This document shows, one piece after another, positions 53,245 through 63,995 of a stretch of 64,000 nt of DNA. The notes beneath the pieces were generated by a model. The model was not told the DNA's origin and searched no databases. It saw only the letters and a program-made list of their open reading frames with translations. The first letter of the stretch is position 1, and every line of letters begins with the position of its first letter. The DNA lies in NCBI GenBank assembly GCA_963833125.1, contig CAWHWX010000007.1:26486-90485 (forward strand), read 5' to 3'. The translations under genes and the position numbers were made by a program. Origin of the DNA: Candidatus Bathyarchaeota archaeon (GTDB lineage Archaea; Thermoproteota; Bathyarchaeia; 40CM-2-53-6).

Positions 53245-55460
53245 GTGCCACGTTACAAGTCCACAACGGAAATACAGAAGATCATAGCGAACAAGGAACA
53301 GATCCGAAAGACGTAGACTAGTCCGCGTCCGGAACATATGGGCATCATCGCCCACGTCGACCACGGTAAGACGACGATGAGCGATTCCCTCCTTGCCGCT
53401 GCCGGGCTTCTGTCGCCAGGGATGGCTGGTACAGCGCTAGCCCTCGATTACATGGAGGAGGAGCAGAAGCGACAGATGACCATCAAAGCCGCCAACGTAA
53501 GCCTTCTTCACGAGCGTAATGGCACGCCCTACGTCATCAACCTGATCGACACGCCCGGCCACGTGGACTTCTCAGGCCGAGTAACACGCTCCCTCAGAGC
53601 CACGGATGGAGCCGTGGTTGTAGTTGACTCCGTTGAGGAGATTATGGTTCAAACCGAGACGGTTACCAGGCAGGCACTTGAAGAACGGGTTCGGCCCTGT
53701 GCTCTACATAAACAAAATCGACCGTCTCATCAAAGAGTTGAGATTAACCCCCGACCAAATACAGGAGAGGATCGGGAGGATTATCACAGAATTCAACCGA
53801 CTCGTCGAACTCTACGCGGAACCCGAGTACCGGGAAAAGTGGAAAGTTAGTTTCGCAAGCAATACAGTTGCAATGGGATCCGCAAAGGACAAGTGGGGAT
53901 TCAATGCGGAGATCGCCAAAGAGTCGAACGTAAGGTTCTCCGACGTGGTCGACGCCTACCTGAACGACAAGATAACGGAACTGACCACAAAAGCGCCTTT
54001 GCATGATGCCGTTCTGAACATGGCGGTTGAAGCCATGCCTCCCCCACACGTTGCGCAAAGATATCGCGTTCCGAGGGTTTGGAAGGGGAACATTGACAGT
54101 GAGGTCGGCAAGGCTATGCTCAACTGCGATGACAACGGCCCAGTAGTTATGGCCATAACGAACATCGTCGTCGACCCACAGGCTGGAATTGTGGCGAGCG
54201 GTAGATTATTTTCGGGTACGATTACGGAGGGGTCAACATTCCACCTTCTTGGCGCCCCGCGTGGACCAGAGAGTTCAACAGGTGTGTATTTTCATGGGAC
54301 CCTACCGAGAAATCGTGGGGACCATAAGCGCGGGCAACATTCCAGCCCTTCTAGGGCTTGAATCAGCTAAGGCCGGTGAGACACTTTCAACCATCAAAGA
54401 CATTGCACCCTTCGAAGCGGTTCACTACGTCACCGAACCAGTCGTTACGATGGCGGTAGAGCCGAAATTTAGCCGAGATCTGCCGAAGCTCGTTGAAGTT
54501 CTAAGGAGACTGAGCCTCGAGGACCCGAACTTAGTTACCAAGATCAACGAGGAGACCGGGGAATACCTCATTGCAGGAATGGGGACTCTCCACCTGGAGA
54601 TTGCAAACACCCTGATCACCAAGACGGGGCTGGAGATTGTAACCTCCAAACCCATCGTAATCTACCGCGAGAGCATAAGAGGCCCCGCTGGACCGGTTGA
54701 AGGCAAATCGCCGAACAAGCACAACAAAATCTACCTCAGCGTCGAACCCCTACCCGACAAGATTGTGAATATGATAAAGGAGGGGAAGATCGGCGAATAC
54801 CAAGACAAGCACGAGATGGCAAAGATTCTGCGCGAAGAAGGATGGCCCCCCGACGAGGCACGTGGGGTTTGGAGCGTGGATGAGGGAAGCAACATGCTGG
54901 TAGAGGTAACGAAGGGAGCGCAATATGTTCAGGAAGTGAAAGACATGGTCATAGCAGGGTACCGATGGGGCTTGAAAGAAGGGCCCCTCGCCTATGAACA
55001 GATCCGGGGAATCAAAGTGAAGATCACGGACGTATCCCTGCACGAAGACCCAGTCCACAGAGGACCCGCCCAAATTATGCCCATGAGCCGACGAGCATTC
55101 TTCGTAGCATTCCTCAACGACAACCCCGTCCTCCTAGAACCAATTCAGAGGATCACCGTGAAGGTTCCACCCGAACTCTTAGGAGCCGCAACAAGCGTGA
55201 TCTCGCAGAAGCGAGGCAAGATCGTATCCGTAGACCAACGAGGACACTTAGTTTACGTGGTCGGCGAACTGCCCACAGCGGAAAGCTTCGACCTATCCGA
55301 GGTTATGCGAGGCGCCTCCCAAGGAAGAGCGTTCTGGGGACTGGAATTCGCACATTGGGCCCCCGTCCCACAATCCTTGGTCAACACAGTTATCTCTGAC
55401 ATACGAAAACGCAAAGGACTGTCACCCGAACCACAGAAAGTAGAAGACTTCATGGAATAG
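53245..55460 (+). CDS. fusA: Elongation factor 2, with a 27-nt BHB intron and two apparent 1-nt insertions near 53697 and 54257
   Basis: GTG-PRYKST...KEQIR|[34 protein letters not shown] and diphthamide loop HEDPVHRG. Confidence 0.96.
53309..53335 (+). other. Bulge-helix-bulge intron in EF-2 mRNA
   Basis: Central helix UCCG(53303-06)/CGGA(53330-33), 3-nt bulges AAA(53307-09) and ACA(53334-36), inner helix GACG/CGUC; contains an in-frame TAG; removal gives CGA AAT ATG (R-N-M). Confidence 0.88.
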
Positions 55461-55738
55461 ACTCAGCGTGGGTTCACCGGCCGTAGCGTTCGCGTTTCTG
55501 TCAAATGTTCGTAGGTCTTCCTTCGCTTTCTCAAGTTCGTTTGATGGGGGTTTTGGTGGTTGTGTGGGGTTGTTTTGGGTTTGGTTTTGGGTTGGTTGGT
55601 GGAAAAATCTTGGGTGGTTTAGGGATGAGTCTGGGTGGTAACGTCAGCTTGTCGGGGTTGCTGCTGCAAACTGCTTCGTTTGGGGGGATTGAGGCGTAAA
55701 ATGGGGCGAGGGGTATCTTCGTTTGACACCGTTTGGCA

Positions 55739-55765
55739 CCACCCCTCGAGGGGTGGATCCACCCC
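55739..55765. repeat. Two overlapping perfect palindromes
   Basis: CCACCCCTCGAGGGGTGG (55739-55756) and GGGGTGGATCCACCCC (55750-55765). Confidence 0.7.
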
Positions 55766-56084
55766 ATCCATTCCGAACAGAAAACAAGAAGAACCTCTTA
55801 ACAACCGTTAACTTGACGTTATCGTCTGAGTTGTCTCCGACATGTGAGACTCGTTGTTTGATTACTTCAGCCTTGAAATCCTCAAGGGTGGATGTGAACA
55901 TTCTAGCGGGTGGCAGCTTAGGAAATCCGTCGTCGAGTTAGATGGTGCGCGCAGACACACTAAAACCAGTAACAACAAGCCAACCATTCATTCGATATTT
56001 ATTGGCAGATTTGACGTTATGAGGAAACTGTTAGATGCTAGCCGAATACACCAATATCGACCACGAACTGTGAGGAAGTTTTGA

Positions 56085-57074
56085 ATGAGCAAGACGATTC
56101 GCTGGGGAATCGTTGGCACAGGTGATATTGCCAAAAAGTTCGCTGCAGGGCTGACCGTGCTCCCCGACTCGGAATTGGTCGCAGTCGCATCGCACTCCAG
56201 AAAAACCGCTGACGCCTTCGGCGACCTCTTCCACGTGACGAAGAGATATGACAACTACGAAGGCCTTGCGCAGGACCCCGATGTTAACGTAGTCTACATC
56301 GCCACGCCTCACAGCCTTCACAAGGAGAATACGGTGATGTGTCTACGAGCGGGGAAACCAGTACTCTGCGAGAAACCATTCGCCATAAACGCTGGGGAGG
56401 CAATGGAGATGATCCGGCTCGCGCGCGAGCGTCGACTATTCCTCATGGAGGCAATGTGGACCCGTTTCTTCCCGCTCATGGTAAAAGTACGCGAAATGAT
56501 CGCTTCAGAAACAATTGGCGAAATGAGAATGCTGATGGCGGATTTCGGCTACAGGTTGGACGACTTCAAGAACTGGATATTCAACCCGAACTTCGGTGGC
56601 GGCGGATTGCTTGACGTGGGCATCTACCCGCTGTCACTCTCACACATGATCTTCGGAACCCCAAATCAAATCACAAGCATATCACACCTCGGCGACACTG
56701 GCGTGGACGAGCAATCAGCCGTCCTACTAGGTTACAAGGACGGGGGAATTGCACTCATCGCGTCGGCCACGAGAACGGAGACACCCCAAGTAGCTTACCT
56801 CCTCGGAACCAAGGGACGAATCCACATACATTCACCATGGTGGAAACCCCAAACACTAACCCTATCCGTAAACGGTAGAGCAGACGAAGTGATACAAATC
56901 CCATTCCAAGGAAACGGCTACAATTACGAAGCCGCCGAAGTCGCACGCTGCCTCCGCGAAGGCAAAACGGAAAGCGACACAATCTCACTTGATGAGACAC
57001 TCTCAATAATGAAAACGATGGATGCAATTCGTGCTCAGTGGAACCTCAAGTACCCCATGGAGTTACCCACTTAG
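56085..57074 (+). CDS. Gfo/Idh/MocA family oxidoreductase
   Basis: WGIVGTG.IA, YIATPH, CEKP, MEAMWTRF and GGGLLDVGIY. Confidence 0.94.
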   Translation: MSKTIRWGIVGTGDIAKKFAAGLTVLPDSELVAVASHSRKTADAFGDLFHVTKRYDNYEGLAQDPDVNVVYIATPHSLHKENTVMCLRAGKPVLCEKPFAINAGEAMEMIRLARERRLFLMEAMWTRFFPLMVKVREMIASETIGEMRMLMADFGYRLDDFKNWIFNPNFGGGGLLDVGIYPLSLSHMIFGTPNQITSISHLGDTGVDEQSAVLLGYKDGGIALIASATRTETPQVAYLLGTKGRIHIHSPWWKPQTLTLSVNGRADEVIQIPFQGNGYNYEAAEVARCLREGKTESDTISLDETLSIMKTMDAIRAQWNLKYPMELPT

Positions 57075-57449
57075 ATCTCGAAAGTGTCGTGACCATCGTC
57101 CGCGATTTGCTATCTTAACTGCAATGCCAATTATTGTTTCAAATTATGAATCGGTATTGTACCCTGCTCGTTGAATTGGTCTAAGTGTTGAACCGCTTTC
57201 GGTAGATAGTTCTTGCAGAAATGGTCTTCCGGTAAGATCGGCTGAAAATTGTGTTCTTCTTTTAGGAAAGGATCACATTTCAGTAAGCTCGGCTGACTCC
57301 ACTAATATCAGAACTTTCTGGGAAACAAACTTAATCGAAAACTCAAGACTGAACAGAAGAGACATGTAATCGTGCCGATACCAGTAATGACTGCGAAATG
57401 TTGGGGTAGTCCCCATCAAATGGGAAGAGACAGAGGTTTAACCGCAAAG

Positions 57450-59581
57450 CTACCCAGGTCGGCGCCGAGCAGTCGTCCTACTTGCGGCCAATATGAACAT
57501 GGCAATTACAAGACCGAGAATTATTGACTCGATTGGAAAACCAGGGATACTCGTAAGAGGATTCCCGGTCGCGGCTTGTGTCGTGGTTGAGGGTTGCGTT
57601 GTCAACAGAGTTGTTGAAGGAGCCATGCTCGTATTCATACTCATACTCGCTGAAGTAGACTGAGTCATGCTAGTTGATGTTACCGACGCGGTTGCCGTTA
57701 TCAAAGGAGTGTATCCAGCCGCTCGAAGATCATCCGCGGCGGCGCCGAGATCGTATGTGTCTGGACTTAGAGTTGAATCGTACCAAATGCCCCAACCCGG
57801 CCCTAGGAAGCTGGCTAACGAGTATCCTGATCCGCCTAGGAGTTGGCTCACGATTTGATCACGTGGAATGAGGTGGCTAATCGCTTTACGAACTAAGCGG
57901 GCTGATTCTGCAGCCTGTGACGGGTTACTCTTGCCCAATGGTGTGTCTACTCCTGTTCCGAATACTGGGTTGTTCATGTTGAAGCCCATCTCCTGCCAAC
58001 CCAGCTCAGCGGCCGTGATGACGTTGATGTTGGGCATGGACTGAAGCGTTGCCTTGTCTATGCCTAGTCCGTAATTGTAGTCCAATAGAATCCACCTGTC
58101 CATTCTTTAGAGCAGCAATAGCGGCGTCCCTGCCATTGATCCATTGAACTTTGTAAGTGTTAACCGAGAACTGCCCCATTGATTGTAAGCCAGAGGCGTT
58201 CCAGTATTCCGGGAATTTAGTTAGCGTTGCGATGTTGTTGGTAAAGTCGTAGCTCTGCAGCACATATGCACCTGCGCCGATTGGGCCAACCGCAGTGTAC
58301 GACCCTGACCCACCATACTTCGCCTTACTCCAGGTATAGGTGTGCGGTGTTCGCACGGTGCTAAAGGGAGCACTGTCCCAGGTATTGAATGCGAATCCTT
58401 CCATGATATGCTTCGGCAACGGAGCGAAACCCGTGTACGCTGAATTGGTGAATGCGTAGGCGGCAGGTATGTGAAATTGGAACTGATACTTGCTTGTCGC
58501 TTTCCACCATCCGTTTGATTGGGGAATCCCAGGTCCAGTATTATCATCGACCATGGAGGTTCCGTCGAGGAATGTGAAGGTAACTTTGCTGCCCAGATAC
58601 TGGATGTTGCTCCCAAGACCCACACTTGCCGTATTGGGATTCGTTAATGCGTATTGTGTGAATACGAAGTCGTCTGCGGTAACCTCAACACCGTCCTGGA
58701 ACATCACACCCGGCCTTATGTTAACGGTCCAAGTCGTTCCGTCCGGGCTTGCAGTTATGCTCTGAGCAGTGCCAGGTATGTAGCAACTGCATCGGGGGTC
58801 AGCTTCCTGTAGTGATCCACCGATTATGGCGCCGTAGACGTAAAGTGCGTAGAAGCTGTTTGAGGATTTTGTGACGGCTGGGTTCAGAGTGCCGCTTGGG
58901 AAGATGCTGGCTGATTCAGCCATCGTGAGGCTGTTTCCGCCACCCCAATGCTGAACGTCGGGAAACGTAACCTCGCTGTAGGTGTTCGAGCTGCCCCATG
59001 CGGTGAATTTCGCTACTCTCGGGATGAGGTCGATGGGCTCGTAGATGTAATTGTACGGAGCGTCATTGAAGATTTGTTCTTGAAGTTGGTGCGTTAGTTG
59101 CACCTGTGTCGCGGCGTCCGTCGTAGTGGAGAGTTTGCTAAGAAGAGAGTTCACTATAGGGCTGTTGTAGTATGCGTAATTGTTTCCTGTTGGTGGAAAT
59201 GCTTTGCCGCCAAAGTTAGAGCCGAAATCGGGCACGAACGAAGTGTAACCCCATCCGATGAACCCAACGTCATAACCTCCTTGGTCGTATGAAGAGCCTG
59301 GAGACGCAGTCGTTGCGAACATCCGGTTGACTAGCTGGTCAAAGTTTGCAATGACGAGTTTCGCGTCGATTCCCTCAGCGACCATGTTTTGCACAATTGT
59401 CTTGGCGTAGGCCTGTCTGACTTGGTTGGCGCCTGAGGGAACTATTACGGTGAGGGAGAAAAGCGGAGCTTGGCCCCTAGCCATCCCGGCGGGCTGGACT
59501 AACAGCCAACACGCTAGGAAAACTAAGAGCGCGAAAAACCCCTTCCAAAACTGGAGACCTATTTGACCGAAGGAATAACAT
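57450..59581 (-). CDS. Family-5 (peptide/nickel) ABC solute-binding protein, circularly permuted, with a PGF-CTERM-like anchor (apparent indels)
   Basis: SPDG.TWT..IRPGV.FQDG..VTADD, PIGAGAY and VRKAIS..I.R motifs; S/T-rich stalk; IPGFP-TM-RRR tail; signal peptide upstream of 59484. Confidence 0.85.
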
Positions 59582-59883
59582 GTTAAACCTGACCGTTGTG
59601 TTTAGTTTTTATCACTTTCGCAAATTACATATGGAATATCGTGCCACCGCTGGTGCGTATTTCCAGAGGTCACATAAATTACCATATGTAACTCAAAGCG
59701 TGGCTATCCAGAATAACCCAGGGAGACGGAGCGTGCTTCTTTGGCATTCTGAACACGCGAAGCGTCTAGCTGCTTCACACGAGACTCAGATTGGCTCCGT
59801 AAAATTTACCAATCTTAGGCCGTGAGAACATAAAATACTCGAAGTCCATCTGAAAGGTGAACGATTGAAGGGCGGCAAGCTGA

Positions 59884-60779
59884 ATGAAGCGTAGTCTCAC
59901 TTTCTCCCTCATCGTTGTTTTGGTGGCTGTAGTCTCGTTCGCAGGCGGCGTTTATGTTACTCCCACCCGACAAGTAACCAGCTACGGAACCATTACTGAA
60001 AACCAAACGGAGACTAGCACCGTTAACTCAACGAAAACGACTACACAAACGCTAGAACTTAGCATGCCGAATCTTATGATTGGATATTCAGAAATATCCA
60101 GCTATTTGGCAGACCCCAATAAGCCGAAGCTGCAAGTCGCCGCAATTATGTGGTCTTACCAAGTCACTCCATCCTTGACTTCATCTCTTCATCAGGCCGG
60201 CGTCCAGGTAGTTGCGCAGGGTGCGAGTGTTCCCGGCTGCGGCAATGAAGATGACCTCATTGCGGCCCTTTCACCGTATGTAGATATTTGGTATGTGGAC
60301 GAGCCATACTTACAATCACCACACATCCAGGTCAAGTGGGTTGTAGAAGTAGCAGCATTCCGGCGTGGGCTCCTTTTGTGAATCATGACATTGCTCAAGC
60401 TCACCTGTGGAATCCAAATATTGTCTACTGTATTGGTGAACCTTCCATTTCCGACATTGAAGCCGAGGTAATTGCTGGAATCCGGCCAGATTGCTTTCTT
60501 GGGGAAGCCTACAATGGGGATGGATACGCAACATATGGTTACTTACAATCGTTGAAAACGACTGGAACCGTTCGTCATATTGGAATGTGGACCACTCTGC
60601 TGACTTCTTCGGATGCGCAAATTCTGAGAAACGGTGACACGATCGTAATTTGCGACTGTTTTGGGAACATTCCCTGGGCGACGACAAGCGCCTACCTGCA
60701 ATATTACGGGTTTGAAGGAACTGGCATAGTTACAGTTTCTTTAGAATTAGACCGCAGTAATGATCAAGCGTTTAAGTGA
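59884..60779 (+). CDS. Secreted or membrane-anchored hypothetical protein, possibly glycoside-hydrolase-like (apparent frameshift near 60330)
   Basis: N-terminal TM, Thr-rich linker, WYVDEP and IGEP motifs; two overlapping ORFs. Confidence 0.55.
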
Positions 60780-60928
60780 ACAGGGCTAGACAGCGACCCT
60801 GACTTAGGATCGATTCTCTGTGCGGAATATTCTTCTTCGAATCAATCAGCTGATGATTGGGAAGAGATCGACGCGACAGGATGCAAAGCCATAAATCCCC
60901 TTTACAATGCTCTCGGAGTGAGAAGTTT

Positions 60929-61483
60929 ATGCGACGAAAGACGATCGTTACTCTGATCATCTTACTGGCCCCTCTGTTCGGGTTGGCTCAGTTCGCCAAT
61001 GCGCAGACATACCCTATCGCTACGACTACCTACGTCACCACAACAACAAGCGTTATCAACAGTCAATCGACTGTTGCAGATAACCCTCCTGTAGGACAAT
61101 GTGCAATTTACTACTCTCCATTCAATGCAACCTCGGGTGAACGAATACAAGGCACGATCACCGCCAACCAACCGGTTGACTTCTACATCATGTCTGCAAG
61201 CCAGGCATCAAACTTGTTGGCGCCTGGAACCCCATGCGATCCCAACTCGGTGGAACTAAACGGAGCGGGCGCGGAAGTCAGTCAGACTAAGATCACCTCG
61301 TACAGCATAGACTGGACCCCACCGGTGGGTGGAACATATTATTTCGTAATCATTAATCTACATTCGACGGCTAGCAATTCGATCACACTGGTAGCTGGAA
61401 CTCAAGTAACCCAAACCGTTTCCTCGACCTTCAGAGCACAACGCGAACCTAGTAACGGCGACACAATCAATGACCGTGGTTAA
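60929..61483 (+). CDS. Secreted beta-sandwich protein (3' end uncertain)
   Basis: MRRKTIV signal peptide, ANA-QTYP, C...FNA..G.RI, VDFYIM and WTPP..GTYY. Confidence 0.65.
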   Translation: MRRKTIVTLIILLAPLFGLAQFANAQTYPIATTTYVTTTTSVINSQSTVADNPPVGQCAIYYSPFNATSGERIQGTITANQPVDFYIMSASQASNLLAPGTPCDPNSVELNGAGAEVSQTKITSYSIDWTPPVGGTYYFVIINLHSTASNSITLVAGTQVTQTVSSTFRAQREPSNGDTINDRG

Positions 61484-61751
61484 AACAGAGACCACGGCAC
61501 AAGGTGGGCAACTCGGGTTTGAGTGGTACCCCTGTAACACCTTTTCCCGTGTCCCGACGGTGCAAAGTGCATTCCCAAGGCTATGTGGCGGCCGAAATAT
61601 ACTCCTGACAACGAACGTCATGGCCGTTATCACCAAACCTTTCGATGGCATGGCAGAAGATGGAATTTATCATAGGGGCAACGATTTTAGACTCATGCTT
61701 CGATTCACACTGTGGCCCTCCTGAGGAGTAACGGATACAATCAGATAGGTT

Positions 61752-62761
61752 ATGCAACAGATGCTAGGTAGCAGAAGACTGCATCTCATTCTACAGATAT
61801 TGCTCATGATTCTTATCTTTGGAGGGTTGCTCTGGTACGTAGGATTTGGGAGTCTACTCTCAACCCTATCCAAAACGAATCCAATATTCGTCTTGATCGC
61901 TTTCATACCTTATTTCTTCATCAACGTTCTCTTCACCATTCGAATCATGAGAGTCCTTCAGCGCCAAGGGATCAAGACATCTTTTGGTAAGACACTACTC
62001 GCGCAGTACAGTGGGATGTTAACAAGCGACATCACTCCAGGAAGAACTGGATATCTACTGACTCCGGTGTACCTGAAGAGCCAGGGAGTTGATACTTCGG
62101 CAAGCCTTTCGTGTATTTTGGGCATTCAGTCGATTGAGTTTCTGGTAAAGGTGCTCGGCGGAGCCTTAGCATTGATCTTCCTTCTGAACCAAACAATTTT
62201 CTCACAGGAGTTGGTATGGGTTGGTTCAATAGGTATCGGCCTAATGTTACTTGGCGGGTTACGCTGGCGGCGATCATTTGGTCCCCTCGAGTGACTGCGC
62301 TACTAAGAAGAATTGCAGCCTCTAACCAGCTATCACGCTTCACTGCGGGAATAATGGCTAAACTGGATCAGTTTGGTGAGAACGCTCTGAAGACCCGCAG
62401 CGCAATCCCTGAAATCTTCGCCATTACAATAGCGTCTTGGATCTTGAAGGGATTCGAGTGGTATTTCCTAGGCCTGGCCGTTGGGATAACAAACATAGGA
62501 TGGCTCGGCTTCTTCCTACTACACCCCCTCATAACCGCATTCGGCTTCGTCCCGCTGACACCATCAGGCATCGGCTTCCAGGAAGGAGCCATTGTGGGAA
62601 TCTTCCTCCTCCTGGGAGTAGACATCAAACTCGCCTTGGCATTCGCAATTCTCGCGCGAGCCTTGCTTATCGTGGAAGACCTCGCGGGAGTCCCGCAGAT
62701 CGCCAAATCAGCTCAACTGGGCCTATTCGCTACAACCAAGAGCGTACGAACAAGGGCCTAA
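61752..62761 (+). CDS. Lysylphosphatidylglycerol-synthase TM / flippase-like membrane protein (UPF0104) (apparent frameshift near 62265)
   Basis: Multiple TM segments, ITPGRTG and VPLTPSGIGFQEG. Confidence 0.85.
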
Positions 62762-63019
62762 CTCTCAACATCTTACTGAGTCACCACTAAAGAAACAATT
62801 GCCTCAATATGAAAACAGCGGCATACCACGTACTAACACCAAACTACAAGAACCAACGTGAACACCATGAGAAAGGCATGAAATCTCGCGCCGATCAAAC
62901 CGAAAGGCGAGACAAGCCTGACCACTTAGCCATTAGAGTGGGCGGTTTGTGTGTGGGTCTAATGGTGCGCACGCCCATCGCCATGTTAGGTTCGATTCTT
63001 GGTCTTCCAAATGCGTGTG

Positions 63020-63758
63020 TGTTCTGAAGTTTCGTTCCGAGGCAAAACGACGGTTCATGAGCTTCTCGAAGCGAAATTTCAAGGTTGATTCGCCAGATGA
63101 TTTGGCTGCAGCTGCTTTAATCAGAAGGCCCAATGACGAACTCCATGAATATCATAACTTCCTCGAAAAGCATCTTTATCGAAAACTCAAGACTAAACAG
63201 AAGACTTCATGGAATAGGCTAGAAGCAGTCATACAACGTTACAATAAATGCTTTAAACTCAAAACAATGGCCATACTTAGGAAGAAATGGCAAGGCCAAT
63301 CGAAACCCTCCTCTCACTCCCACGCGTTCGCCTGATCGACAGAGTCCCCATTATCGAAACAGAGGAGTACGTCAGAAGATTCATTCATCGGATCGAGACC
63401 CAGCCCAGATTGGTGCAAAGATCACTGCAGGTCTCAAACGAGTCTGCAAAGCAATTCTCCGCCGACGATAAAGGGCTCTCAACTATGCTCGATGAACTCA
63501 ACAGCGCTGAGTATGTGGTTACAAGGAATTCAAAGCGCATCATGGAGGGCATGCTGAGTGAGATTTGTGCTGACGGGACAAATCTTCAAAAACTTCGAGC
63601 AGAAGATCGAGCCGCTCTGCGAGATCTCACGGTCGCTCCTTGATGCATCCAATCTCGCCGCAAACCTAGCAGACAGAGCTAAGGAAGATTCCGTTGATGT
63701 AGCCAGGGCCTTGCTGATCGACCTCCCAACACACCCACCAAACCCCACCGGACCCTGA
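63020..63758 (+). CDS. Hypothetical protein, broken into three ORFs
   Basis: Three consecutive overlapping + strand ORFs with helical, protein-like composition; no family recognised; start approximate. Confidence 0.4.
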
Positions 63759-63817
63759 GATCGTTACATTCCGGAGCGGTCGTGAGGCTTTTATTTAGTT
63801 GATAGGATTCGGGACTT

Positions 63818-63995
63818 GCGGCTGTTGTGCTGGCCTCCGAGTGCGAGAGCTGCGTAGATGCTCCGCTTAGCCGTGGTCCAGATCCCCGTGGCTTCAAGGG
63901 GAGGACTGCCTGGTCTATGACGGGGGCTTCCCAAGCCTCAAAGCTGCCTCGACGGCAGCGAGGGAACCCGGGTCCCAATCCCGGCGGCCGCACCA
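63818..63995 (+). tRNA. tRNA-Gly(CCC) with three BHB introns (63826-63874, 63882-63908, 63942-63965)
   Basis: Spliced product GCGGCUG-UG-GUCCAGCCUGGUCUAUGAC-G-GGGGC-UUCCCAA-GCCUC-AAAC-CCGGG-loop-CCCGG-CGGCCGC-A-CCA; TATA-like TTTTATTTA about 25 nt upstream. Confidence 0.9.

Noticed and set aside
53338-53850. EF-2 starting at ATG 53338, as in the ORF track
   Set aside because: A conserved EF-2 N-terminus (PRYKST...KEQIR) is encoded in frame from GTG 53245, and starting at 53338 would remove the conserved IRN residues before the G1 motif.
55505-55941. Short ORFs in the low-complexity region after fusA
   Set aside because: They arise from compositional bias and show no recognisable protein motifs.
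6128-62761. About 25 frameshifted genes (rps6e, rps27ae, cysS, rrp42, rrp4, kae1, tfb, smc, ecfT, ahcY, fen, fusA and others) read as pseudogenes, programmed frameshifts or further introns
   Set aside because: The breaks I examined in detail are each repaired by a 1-2 nt indel, often in a homopolymer, with no extra sequence or BHB structure. They hit essential genes at random, as expected from long-read assembly error. Only the fusA 5' insertion behaves as an intron.
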